The position numbers and the translations under genes were made by a program. Positions 34,170-44,778 of a DNA stretch of 64,000 bases are shown piece after piece. Source of the stretch: an uncultured candidate division Zixibacteria bacterium (GTDB lineage: Bacteria > Zixibacteria > MSB-5A5 > UBA10806). Under the pieces are notes generated by a model, which saw only the letters and a list, made by a program, of their open reading frames with translations, was not told the origin of the DNA and ran no database searches. The stretch is from the NCBI GenBank assembly GCA_963801605.1, contig CAWDFP010000011.1:64001-128000 (forward strand), written 5' to 3'. The first letter of the stretch is position 1. Every line of letters starts with the position of its first letter.

Positions 34170-35066
34170 TTATCTGAAATTAAATACGAAATCCACCCAG
34201 GGTAATCCGGGGAAAATAAAATCCTCGCCGGTTGGTGTAATAAATCCCAAATCGAAACTCATGTTTTCGCCGAAAAATCGCGCTCCGTAGGAGATTAGAG
34301 GATTATCGACTTTCGGGAAAATCCAGTTCTCCGAAACAAATGATATTCTCCTGGAAATACGTTTCTCGCCTCCAATTACCCCCACAGGCTTGTTTGCGAC
34401 CCGGTTATCAACAAATCCGAACCCCAGGCCCGCGGTTATGCTGCCATCGGGCCCTCCATATGTACCGACTCCATATAGTATCCCGAACGCCGGTACATTT
34501 TCGTCGAATACTTTATGCGGAATCGATATAACCAAGGCTCCCAAGGCCAGACTGGTATTCTTCGATGTGGCCAGGCCTATCTTGGGAGTAAAATAATATA
34601 TCTGCTTATCGAAACCGAGTCCGGGAAATAACGAAACCCCGCCCCCAAGAGTGATATTATCGGTCAGGCCATAGGAAATGCCGGGAAAGAAAATATAATA
34701 ATCGGAAAAATATCCCTGCCCTTTCTTCAGCATGTGCGCTGTAGGGGAGAAGAATAATCGAGTAGCATTTGGATTTTCAAACCAGTATTTACCATTTTTT
34801 ACGCTTGATTGTGGAACCTCACGTACTTCTCTGATTTTCGTTTTGAGTATTTTCAAAACGCCCAAATCCGATTGAAAAGTAATCTCGTTTTCGTCGATAG
34901 CGGTTATCCGTCCGATAAGCTCTGAGCCATCCTGTAACTTGAGTATTTGAAACGACGTCGAATCGGAAATTTTAAAATCCAGATTAGGAATATTTTGAGC
35001 CGCGGCAAAATCGGTCATAAAACATATTGCCAAAACTAAAATTACAGTGCGGATAAGTGAATTCGT
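34170..35066 (-). CDS. Secreted/outer-membrane hypothetical protein
   Basis: LKLQDGSELIGRI N-terminal domain, NATRLFFSPTAH.LKKG motif, beta-strand-rich C-terminus; signal peptide extends upstream to ACG at 35066. Confidence 0.65.
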   Translation of the reverse strand, partial: TNSLIRTVILVLAICFMTDFAAAQNIPNLDFKISDSTSFQILKLQDGSELIGRITAIDENEITFQSDLGVLKILKTKIREVREVPQSSVKNGKYWFENPNATRLFFSPTAHMLKKGQGYFSDYYIFFPGISYGLTDNITLGGGVSLFPGLGFDKQIYYFTPKIGLATSKNTSLALGALVISIPHKVFDENVPAFGILYGVGTYGGPDGSITAGLGFGFVDNRVANKPVGVIGGEKRISRRISFVSENWIFPKVDNPLISYGARFFGENMSFDLGFITPTGEDFIFPGLPWVDFVFNFR

Positions 35067-35269
35067 CGGAGGCTCCTTTTTCCAAAGTTGCGATTATTAT
35101 CTGAAATCAATCTATGAGGAATAGCATATTATGTCAACCTTAATAACTTGTTATTACGGGGTCCATAATGTTTGATTATATAGAAGTTTAATAAGTATAA
35201 GCATTGGAGATTCGGAAAAATTAATCAGCTAAACTTTATAATTTATTACTACAGTACGATATTAATATA

Positions 35270-35668
35270 TTACGCTGACGCTTTTACCTGAACGCCTTTA
35301 GCCTTCTTATCCTTCGAAAATCGCCTGGCGATATAATCGTCGAGCTCTTCGATATTCGAAAACTTGACTTTGGCGGTATATTCGGAATCAAATTCGCATC
35401 CTGACGGATCATGCTCGCGACAGATTTGGGGACGGTTGTCATAAATCCCACAGCGACCATCGGATGTCAAATGACGGCAAATCGAATCAATATGCAGAAA
35501 CCAGATATTGCCCTTCTCTAAATAAATAGTTGTACCATGATGGCTCAAGTACCAGCGCAGATTCTCGAAATCGATTTTGCGTGTCGGGGTGTCAATTTGA
35601 AGCATAATATATCGGCAGCATTTGGCGTGGCAGCGTATGCAAACATCCGGATTATCAAAAACGACCAT
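35270..35668 (-). CDS. YkgJ family cysteine-cluster (CxxCxxCC) protein
   Basis: CIRCHAKCC...CRHL....CGIYDNRPQICR. Confidence 0.88.
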   Translation of the reverse strand: MVVFDNPDVCIRCHAKCCRYIMLQIDTPTRKIDFENLRWYLSHHGTTIYLEKGNIWFLHIDSICRHLTSDGRCGIYDNRPQICREHDPSGCEFDSEYTAKVKFSNIEELDDYIARRFSKDKKAKGVQVKASA

Positions 35669-35812
35669 TTTTCACTTACTCCTATTTAGATTAAAGGTCT
35701 TAAGACTATAGAAAATCAAACAGACCAGATTGCGCTAATTTATATTGTCCCAATGCCTATTTCAAGGCATATTATCATCCGATAAATAATTGGAGGGCAC
35801 GTCAAAGGAATA

Positions 35813-36899
35813 ATGGAATTTACTTTAGAAAAACGAATCGCCCACCGGGCAATTGTCAACGGCAAAGAGGTCCTGATCTTCAGCTCTAACGATTACCTGG
35901 GGCTATCGGCTCATCCAGCGGTGTTGCAGGCCGCATCCGAGGCCGCAGTGCGATATGGCGTTGGAACAGGCGGAGCGCCCGGCACTACCGGCACTACCCA
36001 GATCCATACAGAGCTATCGGCAGAAGTTGCGTCTTTTCAGTCGCGAAAGAATGCTGCTCTTTTCCCCTCCGGCTACCAGGCCAACCAGGCGATCCATCAG
36101 GCTCTCGATAGTGACCGCACCATTTTCTATGTCGATAACCGCCATCACCCGTCGGCCATAGATGGAGTGAAACTGGCCAAAAATTCGAGGATGGTGCGAT
36201 TCGATCATAACAATCTCGATATTCTCAAGGGGGCGATCCTGGCTCATCGGGGGATGGTCAATATCGTTTCGATCCCGTCGGTCTTTACGGTTGACGGCGA
36301 TATTGCGCCGCTCGATCGACTTTATGAGATGAAACAGAAGCTTGGCTTGATGCTAATTTTCGATGAAGCGCACGCCACCGGCTGCCTGGGAAAAACGGGA
36401 CGGGGGATAGAGGAGCATTTCAATCTAATCGGCGCCGCTGATTTTATCATGGGGACATTCTCCAAATCGCTGGGTTCGCAGGGTGGATTTCTGGCATACA
36501 ACGATGACGCTGCTAAGCTGTTGCGCGCTCATTTCCGCACGCTTAGAATATTCGACGTCGCTGTCAGCCGTATCGGCTGCCGCCGCGTTGAAAGCGTTAC
36601 GGCTTCTAGAAAGCGACCCTACGCTGATGGCATCTCTTCGTCACGTTAAACAAACGATTATCGAAAATTGCCAGGCGCTTGATATTCCTCTCATTTCCAA
36701 AGAGAGCATGATTATGCTCCTACCAAACGATAATTGCGACGCCCTGCAAGCGCGCTTATTTGAGGCCGGTTTTCTGACAATAGTAGTGAAGGCTCAACTG
36801 GCATCGGGCTTGCTTCATTGCTTGCGCATTATTCCGATGGCCACCCAAAGCGACGACGAGATCAAATCGTTCGCTCAAGCCATAAAGGCGAATCTATAA
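35813..36899 (+). CDS. PLP-dependent alpha-oxoamine synthase family enzyme (BioF/KBL/SPT), frameshifted near 36540
   Basis: FSSNDYLGLS, FPSGYQAN, DGDIAPL, DEAHATG, GTFSKSLGSQGG; C-terminus continues in ORF 36483-36899. Confidence 0.8.
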
Positions 36900-37116
36900 A
36901 ACCGCTACTTCATTGCGAAGTTCGGTCGTTTCGACCGAATTGAAATAATCCCCCCGTATAAAAAGTTACTAATACCTGCCGGATGCCGCAATTTATTATT
37001 CCGGGAGGCCGATTAAGGCACAGCGGCGGATTTATTTGGCCGAATGTCGATTCTCCCGGGCATAAAAAATGGCGAGGCTTTGAATGCCTCGCCATAAGTC
37101 AGATTAATCTTAGCGA

Positions 37117-38595
37117 TTAATAATATTCATTCGAAACAATTTCGACTCTGCGATTCATCTGACGTCCCTCAGGAGTCTTGTTATCGCCAACGAAATAAGC
37201 CGGATTCTCTCCAAATCCCTTGGAAATCATTCTGTCGGCAGCGACACCCTGCTTAAGGAGATACTCCATTACGCCCTGGGCGCGCTTCTCAGACAAAGTT
37301 TGATTGGCCGCGTCTTTACCAACGTCATCAGTAAAGCCATCGATTTCGATCTTGACGCCGGTATAATTCTTCATGGTTTCAGCCAGATCGTCGAGAGTCT
37401 TCTTGGCTGGAGCGTCGGGCTCGAAGGAACCGGTTTTGTACTTAATGTTCAGTGTGATTTTCTTGACGGGCGGCTTGACATTCAACGGGCAGCCAAGCGA
37501 ATCAACCTTGGTGCCGGGCGGAGTGGTTGGGCACTTGTCAATACCGTCGCAAACACCGTCACCGTCGCTGTCCAGCGGGCAGCCGTCTTTGTCAACCTTG
37601 CAACCCTTGCGGGTATCCGGGCACTTATCGACACCATCGCAAACACCATCGCCGTCGCTATCGATCGGGCAGCCGGCTTTATCGACGACGCATCCCACCG
37701 GCGTATTCGGGCATTTATCGAGACCATCGAATACACCGTCTTTATCGGTATCCAGCGGGCAACCGGTGATATCGACTATCGCTCCCTTGGGAGTATCGGG
37801 GCACTTATCGAGACCATCGCAAACACCGTCGCCGTCGCCATCGAGCGGGCAGCCGTCTTTATCGACTATACAACCTACAGGCGTATCGGGGCATTTATCT
37901 TTCTTGTCCGCTACACCATCGCCATCAGTATCCTTGGCTTTACCTAATACATAGGTAAGGCCAATTGACGGTTCGATATAGCCTCTGAAGGGACGCTCTT
38001 TCCATTTGGAGTAATCGATGCCGGTATTTTTTGTGCCCGAAAGATTGGAAACTTCATAGGTAATCTTGCCCTGAATGTCCAACGTTACCTTTTCGGACAA
38101 CCAGAAATTAATACCCAATCCGCCTTTGATACCGAAATCTGTCACGCTGATATTTTGACCCACTCCAGAGACCGGTTTGAATTTCCACATATCAATTCCG
38201 ACACCGGCCAAAAGATATGGCTGTACCTTTTTGCCCGGCATAAAGTAGTAATTGGCGGTCAGGCCGATTGGAATATCGGTCAACTTGGAATTAGCCAGAG
38301 CTTTTTTCATGAATTTCAGGTTGGCGTCCTTGGTTGCTGTGGTGTCGTTGTAGGTTGTGTTGTATCCAATTGAGAGATCCACAACAAAGCTATTGCTCAA
38401 GCCGTGTTTTAAGAAAATCGAAACACCGGGGATTCCCATGCGATATGGTTCAGGTCCCCAATGATCGTCAAACGGAGTCCAAACCGGGCCTCGAATTCCA
38501 ACTGCGTTTTTGCCGGCCCAATCACCGGCGTTGGCTGAGACCGAAAACAGCATTACCCCCGCTAACAACAACAGAATTAAAATTTTCCCTTTCAT
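37117..38595 (-). CDS. OmpA family protein with thrombospondin type-3-like repeats
   Basis: N-terminal beta-barrel; five D.DGDGV.D..DKCP.TP.G..VD..GCP repeats; OmpA C-domain (GFTDD.G...N..LS..RA, NRRVE). Confidence 0.93.
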   Translation of the reverse strand: MKGKILILLLLAGVMLFSVSANAGDWAGKNAVGIRGPVWTPFDDHWGPEPYRMGIPGVSIFLKHGLSNSFVVDLSIGYNTTYNDTTATKDANLKFMKKALANSKLTDIPIGLTANYYFMPGKKVQPYLLAGVGIDMWKFKPVSGVGQNISVTDFGIKGGLGINFWLSEKVTLDIQGKITYEVSNLSGTKNTGIDYSKWKERPFRGYIEPSIGLTYVLGKAKDTDGDGVADKKDKCPDTPVGCIVDKDGCPLDGDGDGVCDGLDKCPDTPKGAIVDITGCPLDTDKDGVFDGLDKCPNTPVGCVVDKAGCPIDSDGDGVCDGVDKCPDTRKGCKVDKDGCPLDSDGDGVCDGIDKCPTTPPGTKVDSLGCPLNVKPPVKKITLNIKYKTGSFEPDAPAKKTLDDLAETMKNYTGVKIEIDGFTDDVGKDAANQTLSEKRAQGVMEYLLKQGVAADRMISKGFGENPAYFVGDNKTPEGRQMNRRVEIVSNEYY

Positions 38596-38677
38596 CTTAG
38601 CACCTTTCTCACATGTTGCATTCAAAATTAACATTTTTCCCTACTGTAATACTATATCGGCAAAGTTACTATTTTGA

Positions 38678-39121
38678 CTACGCCGCCCTTAACTCCGATG
38701 TGCAATGGGGGCAGCGCGTGGCGTTGATCGGAATACTGGTAAAGCAGTACGGGCAATCCTTGGCGGTAGGAGCCGCAGGCGCGGCGGCAGGTTTGCGGTT
38801 CAGCTTGTTCATCTGCCTGATCAACATGAAAATTACGAAAGCCACGATTACGAAATCGATAATGGCATTAATAAATAGCCCATAACTGATCGTGGCGGCC
38901 CCAGCCGCCTTGGCAGCAGCCACCGATGGATATGAGCCTCCGGAGAGATTAATATATAAGCTGGAAAAATCCACCTTGCCCAGCAGAAGGCCGATCGGCG
39001 GCATCAGGACATCATTAACAAGTGAGGTTATGATCCTGCCGAATGCCGCACCGATTATGATGCCGATGGCCATATCGAGGACGTTGCCTCGCATGGCGAA
39101 CTCCTTGAACTCCTTCAGCAT
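38678..39121 (-). CDS. mscL: Large-conductance mechanosensitive channel with C-terminal CxxC/CxxC tail
   Basis: [47 protein letters not shown]...CPHC. Confidence 0.95.
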   Translation of the reverse strand: MLKEFKEFAMRGNVLDMAIGIIIGAAFGRIITSLVNDVLMPPIGLLLGKVDFSSLYINLSGGSYPSVAAAKAAGAATISYGLFINAIIDFVIVAFVIFMLIRQMNKLNRKPAAAPAAPTAKDCPYCFTSIPINATRCPHCTSELRAA

Positions 39122-39177
39122 AATATTTTCCTTTCTTTAGGGTTTATTATTTACACCTATCATGTTCCCGGAAAACA

Positions 39178-40111
39178 TCAAATCATCTTGTAAGTCAGGC
39201 CCAAACCAAACGTTTCCTTGAACCGTCCTCCCAGAGCTATTTCTTTATCGTAAAGCAATTGGGTATAAAGATTGACCGTAATGATTTTGGTAATCGCCGC
39301 CGCAAACGTATTTTCCCAGTTGACATCGACAGCTTTCCAATAATTGGCGTTGGGCAGTCCCTTGAGTTCATTCTTTTTGGAATTAAAAACGGCTTTGAAA
39401 ATTGTCAATTTGCCGGTGTAGGTAACATTCGATAGCAATTTGTATTGAGCATCGGTGACGGATTCAATACCGCCGTCGTTAGTAGTTAAGGTCTTAGTGT
39501 TTTTCGCCAGAGTATCAGCGGGAGTACCCGGAATAGCCCTATTGAGATTCTGACGGAACGCGAATCCCAATCGGCTCAGGATTTGATCCTTATCCTTCTG
39601 ATAAATCATCCGGGCGATACCGGCTGATTCTGTTAAGAGGATGGGATTAATGACGCGATCCAGCGGCTGATAGGAATCATCGAGAAATTGCGATTGAAAT
39701 CTGAAAGCAACGAAGGGATCGACAAAGGCATGAAGCGTGAATCGTCCCAGATTATCCAGATCAATTTTATCGGTTGACTTAAGGGGCTTAGCCCAATGTT
39801 TGGTGGTTTTATCCTGTTGATGAGTCTGGCCGAATTGCAGGTTGCTGGTATTTCTGAAATTAAACTTACTTGAGACCTGCTTTTCAAATGTGCCGTTAGC
39901 TAATGCCACCCAGGCGATATTTCCCGCCTCGCCGCCGGCCCAATTATCGGAATAAGAGTTCTGGCTTAGATTTAGGCCGATATTAAGCGTATTTTTCCAG
40001 GGTTGAGGGCCCGTTGTCGAATCTACTTTTGCCTCGATCCGCGAAGGCAACAACTGGTATCAAAACCAGGAGAGCGACGCATAAAATGATTTTTTTAAGA
40101 AATCTGTTCAT
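39178..40111 (-). CDS. DUF3078-like outer-membrane protein, frameshift just after the signal peptide (~40040)
   Basis: LNLSQNSYSDNWAGG, K.TDKIDL, LLYDKE, ETFGLGLTY; signal peptide MNRFLKKIILCVALLVLIPVVAFA from ATG 40111. Confidence 0.75.
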
Positions 40112-40270
40112 ATTAGCCCTTTCCAATACTCGTTTCTCATAAGAATCAATCTGTATTAATACAGACTATGAATATCCATAAAACGCATTGTAAACTTTCT
40201 TATAGGATAAAAAGCGCCAAAATGCAAAAAATATTTTATAAAAATCATCTTTGTTGCGTATAATGCAACA

Positions 40271-41185
40271 ATGTCTGATTCGCGTCCTCTACAGGAAGAT
40301 TACCGCCGTTATCTCGACCCGGCTACAGTCAGTAAGCTCTCATCCATCGAGCTTAAGGCCCGGCTCGTGGTTGAGGGGTTTATCGTGGGACTGCACCGCT
40401 CTCCCTATCATGGATTTTCGGTGGAATTCGCCGAACATCGTCAATATATGCCGGGCGATGATTTTAAGCATATCGATTGGAAAGTTTACGGTAAGTCGGA
40501 TCGTTTTTATATCAAGCAGTTCGAGGAAGAAACCAATCTCAAGGCCTATATCCTCTTAGATGCGTCCCGCTCAATGGGCTATAAATCTAACGGTATCAGC
40601 AAGTTGGAGTATGGCTCCTATCTTGCGGCCTCGTTAGCGTACCTAATGCTTCGTCAGCAGGATGCTCCCGGGTTGCTCATCTATGATGAAAAAATCCGAA
40701 GCTATATCCCACCCAAGGGCGCTAGATCCCATATTACACCGATACTAAGACAGCTCAATAATACCGAGCCATCCAATCAAACAGACGCCGGCGTGGCTTT
40801 TCATGAGTTGGCTGAGCGAATCAAGCGCCGGGGTTTGATCATAGTTATCTCAGACCTGCTTGACGACCCCGACAAGCTTCTTATGGGCCTCAAACATTTC
40901 CGGCACCGACAGCACGAAGTTATCGTTTTTCAAATACTGGATCCTTTCGAACGCAGTTTCGAATTTAGTACTGAAGCTCGTTTTCGTGATATGGAAACTG
41001 GCCGGGAGTTGTTGACCGATCCCTGGCAAGTCAGGAAGGAGTATACCAAACGTCTGGAGGAGTATATCGGGCAGATCAGCCGCGCCTGCCGCGATTCGAG
41101 AATAGATTATCAACTTCTGGACACATCGATCCCGTTCGACCGGGCGCTTTTTGGATACTTGTCAAAACGATCAAAATTAGGTTGA
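40271..41185 (+). CDS. DUF58 domain protein
   Basis: GLHRSPYHGFSVEFAEHRQY.PGDD.KHIDWK, LLDASRSM, VISDL. Confidence 0.92.
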   Translation: MSDSRPLQEDYRRYLDPATVSKLSSIELKARLVVEGFIVGLHRSPYHGFSVEFAEHRQYMPGDDFKHIDWKVYGKSDRFYIKQFEEETNLKAYILLDASRSMGYKSNGISKLEYGSYLAASLAYLMLRQQDAPGLLIYDEKIRSYIPPKGARSHITPILRQLNNTEPSNQTDAGVAFHELAERIKRRGLIIVISDLLDDPDKLLMGLKHFRHRQHEVIVFQILDPFERSFEFSTEARFRDMETGRELLTDPWQVRKEYTKRLEEYIGQISRACRDSRIDYQLLDTSIPFDRALFGYLSKRSKLG

Positions 41186-41252
41186 CGAATTGAAAAATAT
41201 TGCGATATTAACAAAGATGTAATTTCTGTCAAGTAAGAGTAGGAGCAGTAGT

Positions 41253-42134
41253 ATGAAGAAGTTTCTGGTATCATTTGTCTTTCTCGCCTCTCTGCCCGCC
41301 GTTTCGCTGGCCGGGCCCCAAATGTCGGTGCCTGAGACACATTGGGATTACGGCAATGTGCCCCAAAACAGCATCCTGACGCACGATTACTGGATCAGAA
41401 ACATAGGTGACGATACCTTGAGGATTATAGATGTCAAACCTGGCTGAGGATGCACCTCAGCGCCAATCCAGAAAAAGGCATTGGCGCCGGGCGATTCCAC
41501 GGTCGTGGAATTAATTTTCGGAACCAAGACATCAAGAGGAAGAATTACCAAGAACGCCAAGATTACCTGTAACGACTCTACCAGGGCATCGCTGACAATC
41601 GATTTTGCAGCCAATGTCATCCTGGATCCGGATACTGTTTCGGTAGTAAAGTATACGCCGCAGCAAATAACATTCAGCAAGGATACGACCAAATGCGCGG
41701 TGACTGTCGCAAACAATGACTCTCTTCAGGCCAACCTCGTCATGGTCGGGATACCTGTTGATAATATCAGCGCCAAGGTAAAGAACTCGGCGATTAAAAA
41801 GGGAAAAAACACAAAAATAGAATTTGAATGGAAAGGCACAGAGCCTGAATATGACGCCAACCATGTTTTAACGTTTGCGACAGGTCTTCCGGATAAAGAA
41901 AGTGCGCGTTTTTCAGTGCCGTACACTATCAGAGGTACCAAAGGCCCGAAACCCGCGACGAAACCTCAGAATTCGGCGCCAATAAAGGCCAAAGACCTCG
42001 GTAAGACCGCAGTACCCGGAACCGTTGGGCAAGTGCAGCCCCCGGGGGTAAGTGTCAAACCGTTAAAACAGATTACGCCAGATAGCATTAACACAGTTAA
42101 GCCAATGCCTAACACGAAGTGGCCGCCTAAATAG
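41253..42134 (+). CDS. Secreted DUF1573-domain protein with in-frame UGA, probable selenoprotein (293 aa)
   Basis: ORFs 41253-41447 and 41481-42134 are in one frame; join reads WDYGNV...IRNIGDDTLRIIDVKPG-TGA-GCT...LAPGDST, matching the DUF1573 'CGCT...i.PG' pattern with the first Cys as TGA. Confidence 0.8.
41460..41487 (+). promoter_or_regulatory. Candidate bacterial SECIS hairpin
   Basis: GCGCCAAT/ATTGGCGC perfect 8-bp stem plus CC/GG and AGAAAAA loop, starting 12 nt after the UGA. Confidence 0.65.
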
Positions 42135-42158
42135 GCGTTTAGATAGCTTTTATCGATG

Positions 42159-42190
42159 AGCCGCGAATTAAGTTCAATCGCGGCTTTTTT
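42159..42190 (+). terminator. Intrinsic terminator after the DUF1573 gene
   Basis: AGCCGCGA...TCGCGGCT followed by a T tract. Confidence 0.7.
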
Positions 42191-42300
42191 ATTGGGAAAA
42201 GACTTTGAGATTTTACAAAACATATCATAAGCTATCGAAGTTGATAATGAACAAATATGATATTTAGTTTGGTTTACATAAAACCTAAGGAGAGATAAAA

Positions 42301-43465
42301 ATGAATTTCGAGCTCAACGATGATCAGCAATCGGTCCAGAAGCTTTGCAGGGAGTTTGCGGCCAAAAATGTTACACCCAATATCCGCGAAAACGACCGGG
42401 CGCAGAAATTCGATCCATCGATTATGACCAGAATGGCAGAATCTGATCTCTTAGGTCTTTGCCTGCCTGAAAAATATGGCGGGGCCGGAATGGATTATAT
42501 CTCCCTGGGATTAGCCTGTGAGGAATTGGAATATGCCGATACATCGGCCCGCGTGATACTCTCGGTGCATATCGGCCTTAATTCGCTAACTCTCCTTTCA
42601 TGGGGCAACAAATTCCAAAAAGAGAAATATCTCATACCGCAGGCCAAAGGAGAGAAGATCGCCAGTTTCGGCCTGACCGAACCGAACGCCGGTTCCGATG
42701 CAGTTGGAATTCAATCAACCGCTGTGAAAAAGGGGAATAAGTATATCTTGAACGGCGAGAAGATGTGGATCAGCTTAGCCGATGTAGCCGATAATTTTCT
42801 CGTCTTTGCCTGGACTGATCTCGAAAAAAAGAGAAAGCGCGACCACACCGGCATATCGGCTTTTATTATCGAAAGGGCCTTTTCCGGCGTGACCACCGCT
42901 ACAATCCACGGCAAGCTTGGGGTGCGGGCCGGCAATACCGGCTCAATCGCCATGCAGGATGTTGAAGTGCCGTCGGAGAATCTTCTGGGCAACGAGGGCG
43001 AGGGTTTCAAGATCGCCATGTTCTGCCTGGAGCAGGGACGATACACCGTAGCAGCCGGTTCAACAGGATTGATCAGGGCATGTCTCGACGCCAGTGTCAC
43101 CTATTCCCACACCCGTAAAACTTTCGATATGCCGATTGCCGAACATCAGCTTGGTCAAGGAGATGATTGCCGGCATGGCAGCGGGATATGAGTACTCAAG
43201 GCTTCTCTGGCTAAAAGCCGGATGGCTGAAAAACATGGGGGAGAGAGCTACCAGAGAAACCGCCCTGGCCAAGTGGATCGCCTGCGAGCAGGCTGAAAAA
43301 GCGGCTGCCGATGCCGTTCAGGTGCATGGAGCGTACGGATTCTCAGATGAATATCCGGTGGAGCGCTTCTATCGCAATTCCAAGGGGGCCTCGATTTATG
43401 AGGGCACCCGCGAAATCCAGAAACTGATGCAAGCCGATTATGCGCTCGGGTTTCCGAAAGGATAA
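42301..43465 (+). CDS. Acyl-CoA dehydrogenase, frameshifted near 43150
   Basis: FGLTEPNAGSD, LNGEKMWIS, GEGFKIAM; QVHGAYGFSDEYPVERFYR and IYEGT in the second frame. Confidence 0.92.
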
Positions 43466-43548
43466 GCCTCGCCGCTGCAACCTGCCTGCCTGGCCGTTTG
43501 GGAATGATGTATAACAACCTTGGTGGCGTCAGGTCCGCGAACCTGACG

Positions 43549-44352
43549 CTATACTGTTTTCCTGGCCCTCAGACTAAACATCAGCGGCAATTTCCCTCGA
43601 AGATGGGGCAGCACCCACCAGCCATCCTGATCCTTTTCCATATCGGGAAAATATTTGCTGAATACCTTGTCGTATTCATTGAAAAATTCGATTGTCAATC
43701 CGGCGGAGATGAGCGAGTTAATAATATCGGAGATCGTCCAGCGCCATTCATATGATGGATTTTCCTGCAAATGTGTCGGATCGGAATAATCGGGGGCGTG
43801 GTCATCCCATATTATAGGCTCGTCTTTGTGAAAATAGTCGATCGTAATAGCCAACGGCCCAGGTTTGGTATCGTCGAAAATATTGATTATCGGATGCGAT
43901 TCCATCAAATACAACATTCCGCCCGGCTTGAGATAGCGGCCTATAATTTCTCCCCAGCGTTTAATATCTTTTAGCCAGCAAAGGACGCCCATGGTGGTAT
44001 AGACCACATCGAATTTCTCATCGAGTTTGCTTTCAAGGTCATAAATATTGGAGAGAATGAATCTGGCCGGAATGCCGGTAACATCCACAAGTTGCCTGGC
44101 ATTAATAATTGCCCGTTCGGAGAAATCAACGCCGGTCACAATTGCGCCCTCGCGGGCCAGCGACAGCGTATCGAGTCCAAAATGGCATTGCAGATGCAAG
44201 AGCGATTTCCCCTTGATATCTCCCAGTTCGCGAAGCTGAATCTCATCGAGCGTCGTTTCCCCGGCCAGGAATTTATCGACACCATACGATTTGATATGCA
44301 CGTCGGTAAGTTCATTCCATAATATTCTATTGCCATCTTCATAATTAATCAT
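43549..44352 (-). CDS. Class I SAM-dependent methyltransferase
   Basis: LLHLQCHFGLDT, VTGVDFS, FDVVYT..GVLCW, LKPGG. Confidence 0.9.
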   Translation of the reverse strand: MINYEDGNRILWNELTDVHIKSYGVDKFLAGETTLDEIQLRELGDIKGKSLLHLQCHFGLDTLSLAREGAIVTGVDFSERAIINARQLVDVTGIPARFILSNIYDLESKLDEKFDVVYTTMGVLCWLKDIKRWGEIIGRYLKPGGMLYLMESHPIINIFDDTKPGPLAITIDYFHKDEPIIWDDHAPDYSDPTHLQENPSYEWRWTISDIINSLISAGLTIEFFNEYDKVFSKYFPDMEKDQDGWWVLPHLRGKLPLMFSLRARKTV

Positions 44353-44420
44353 CGCTTGCTCCCGCGTTAAAAATTTCCATGAAATAATAGGATATTAACA
44401 ACGATTTGTCAAAAATAGCT

Positions 44421-44552
44421 GTCATTGCGAAATTCGGGCGCTTCGACCGAATTGAAGCAATCCCCCTGCATAAAGCGTCATTTATTAAATTAGATACCCC
44501 GGCTATATGCGAGGGGATTGCTTCGTCGGTCAAGTGACCTCCTCGCAATGAC
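44421..44552. repeat. Long palindromic repeat element
   Basis: GTCATTGCGA..GAAGCAATCCCC / GGGGATTGCTTCG..TCGCAATGAC; degenerate half-copy at 36911-36955. Confidence 0.7.
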
Positions 44553-44778
44553 GATCTTACGTGTTGGCGCCTCAGGATGTCACAAAGATTTCCATCCTGA
44601 GGTATAAAACACGCTCCAATTCCGCTCGGAAAAAATCGAGTCTTTTAGACTTGCTTTTCAGGACGTTATAACGTAATTTTTTGCCTTGTGAATAACGGGC
44701 GACGGTCCGCCGCTTGCCTTTATGGTTTCGATTATCGTTTTTGGGCCGTCGATGGTGACATTAAACTAAGAGGTGCCA

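Noticed and set aside
37490..37935. ~87-bp tandem repeats
   Set aside because: Coding TSP3-like repeats inside the OmpA protein; the plus-strand ORFs over them are shadows
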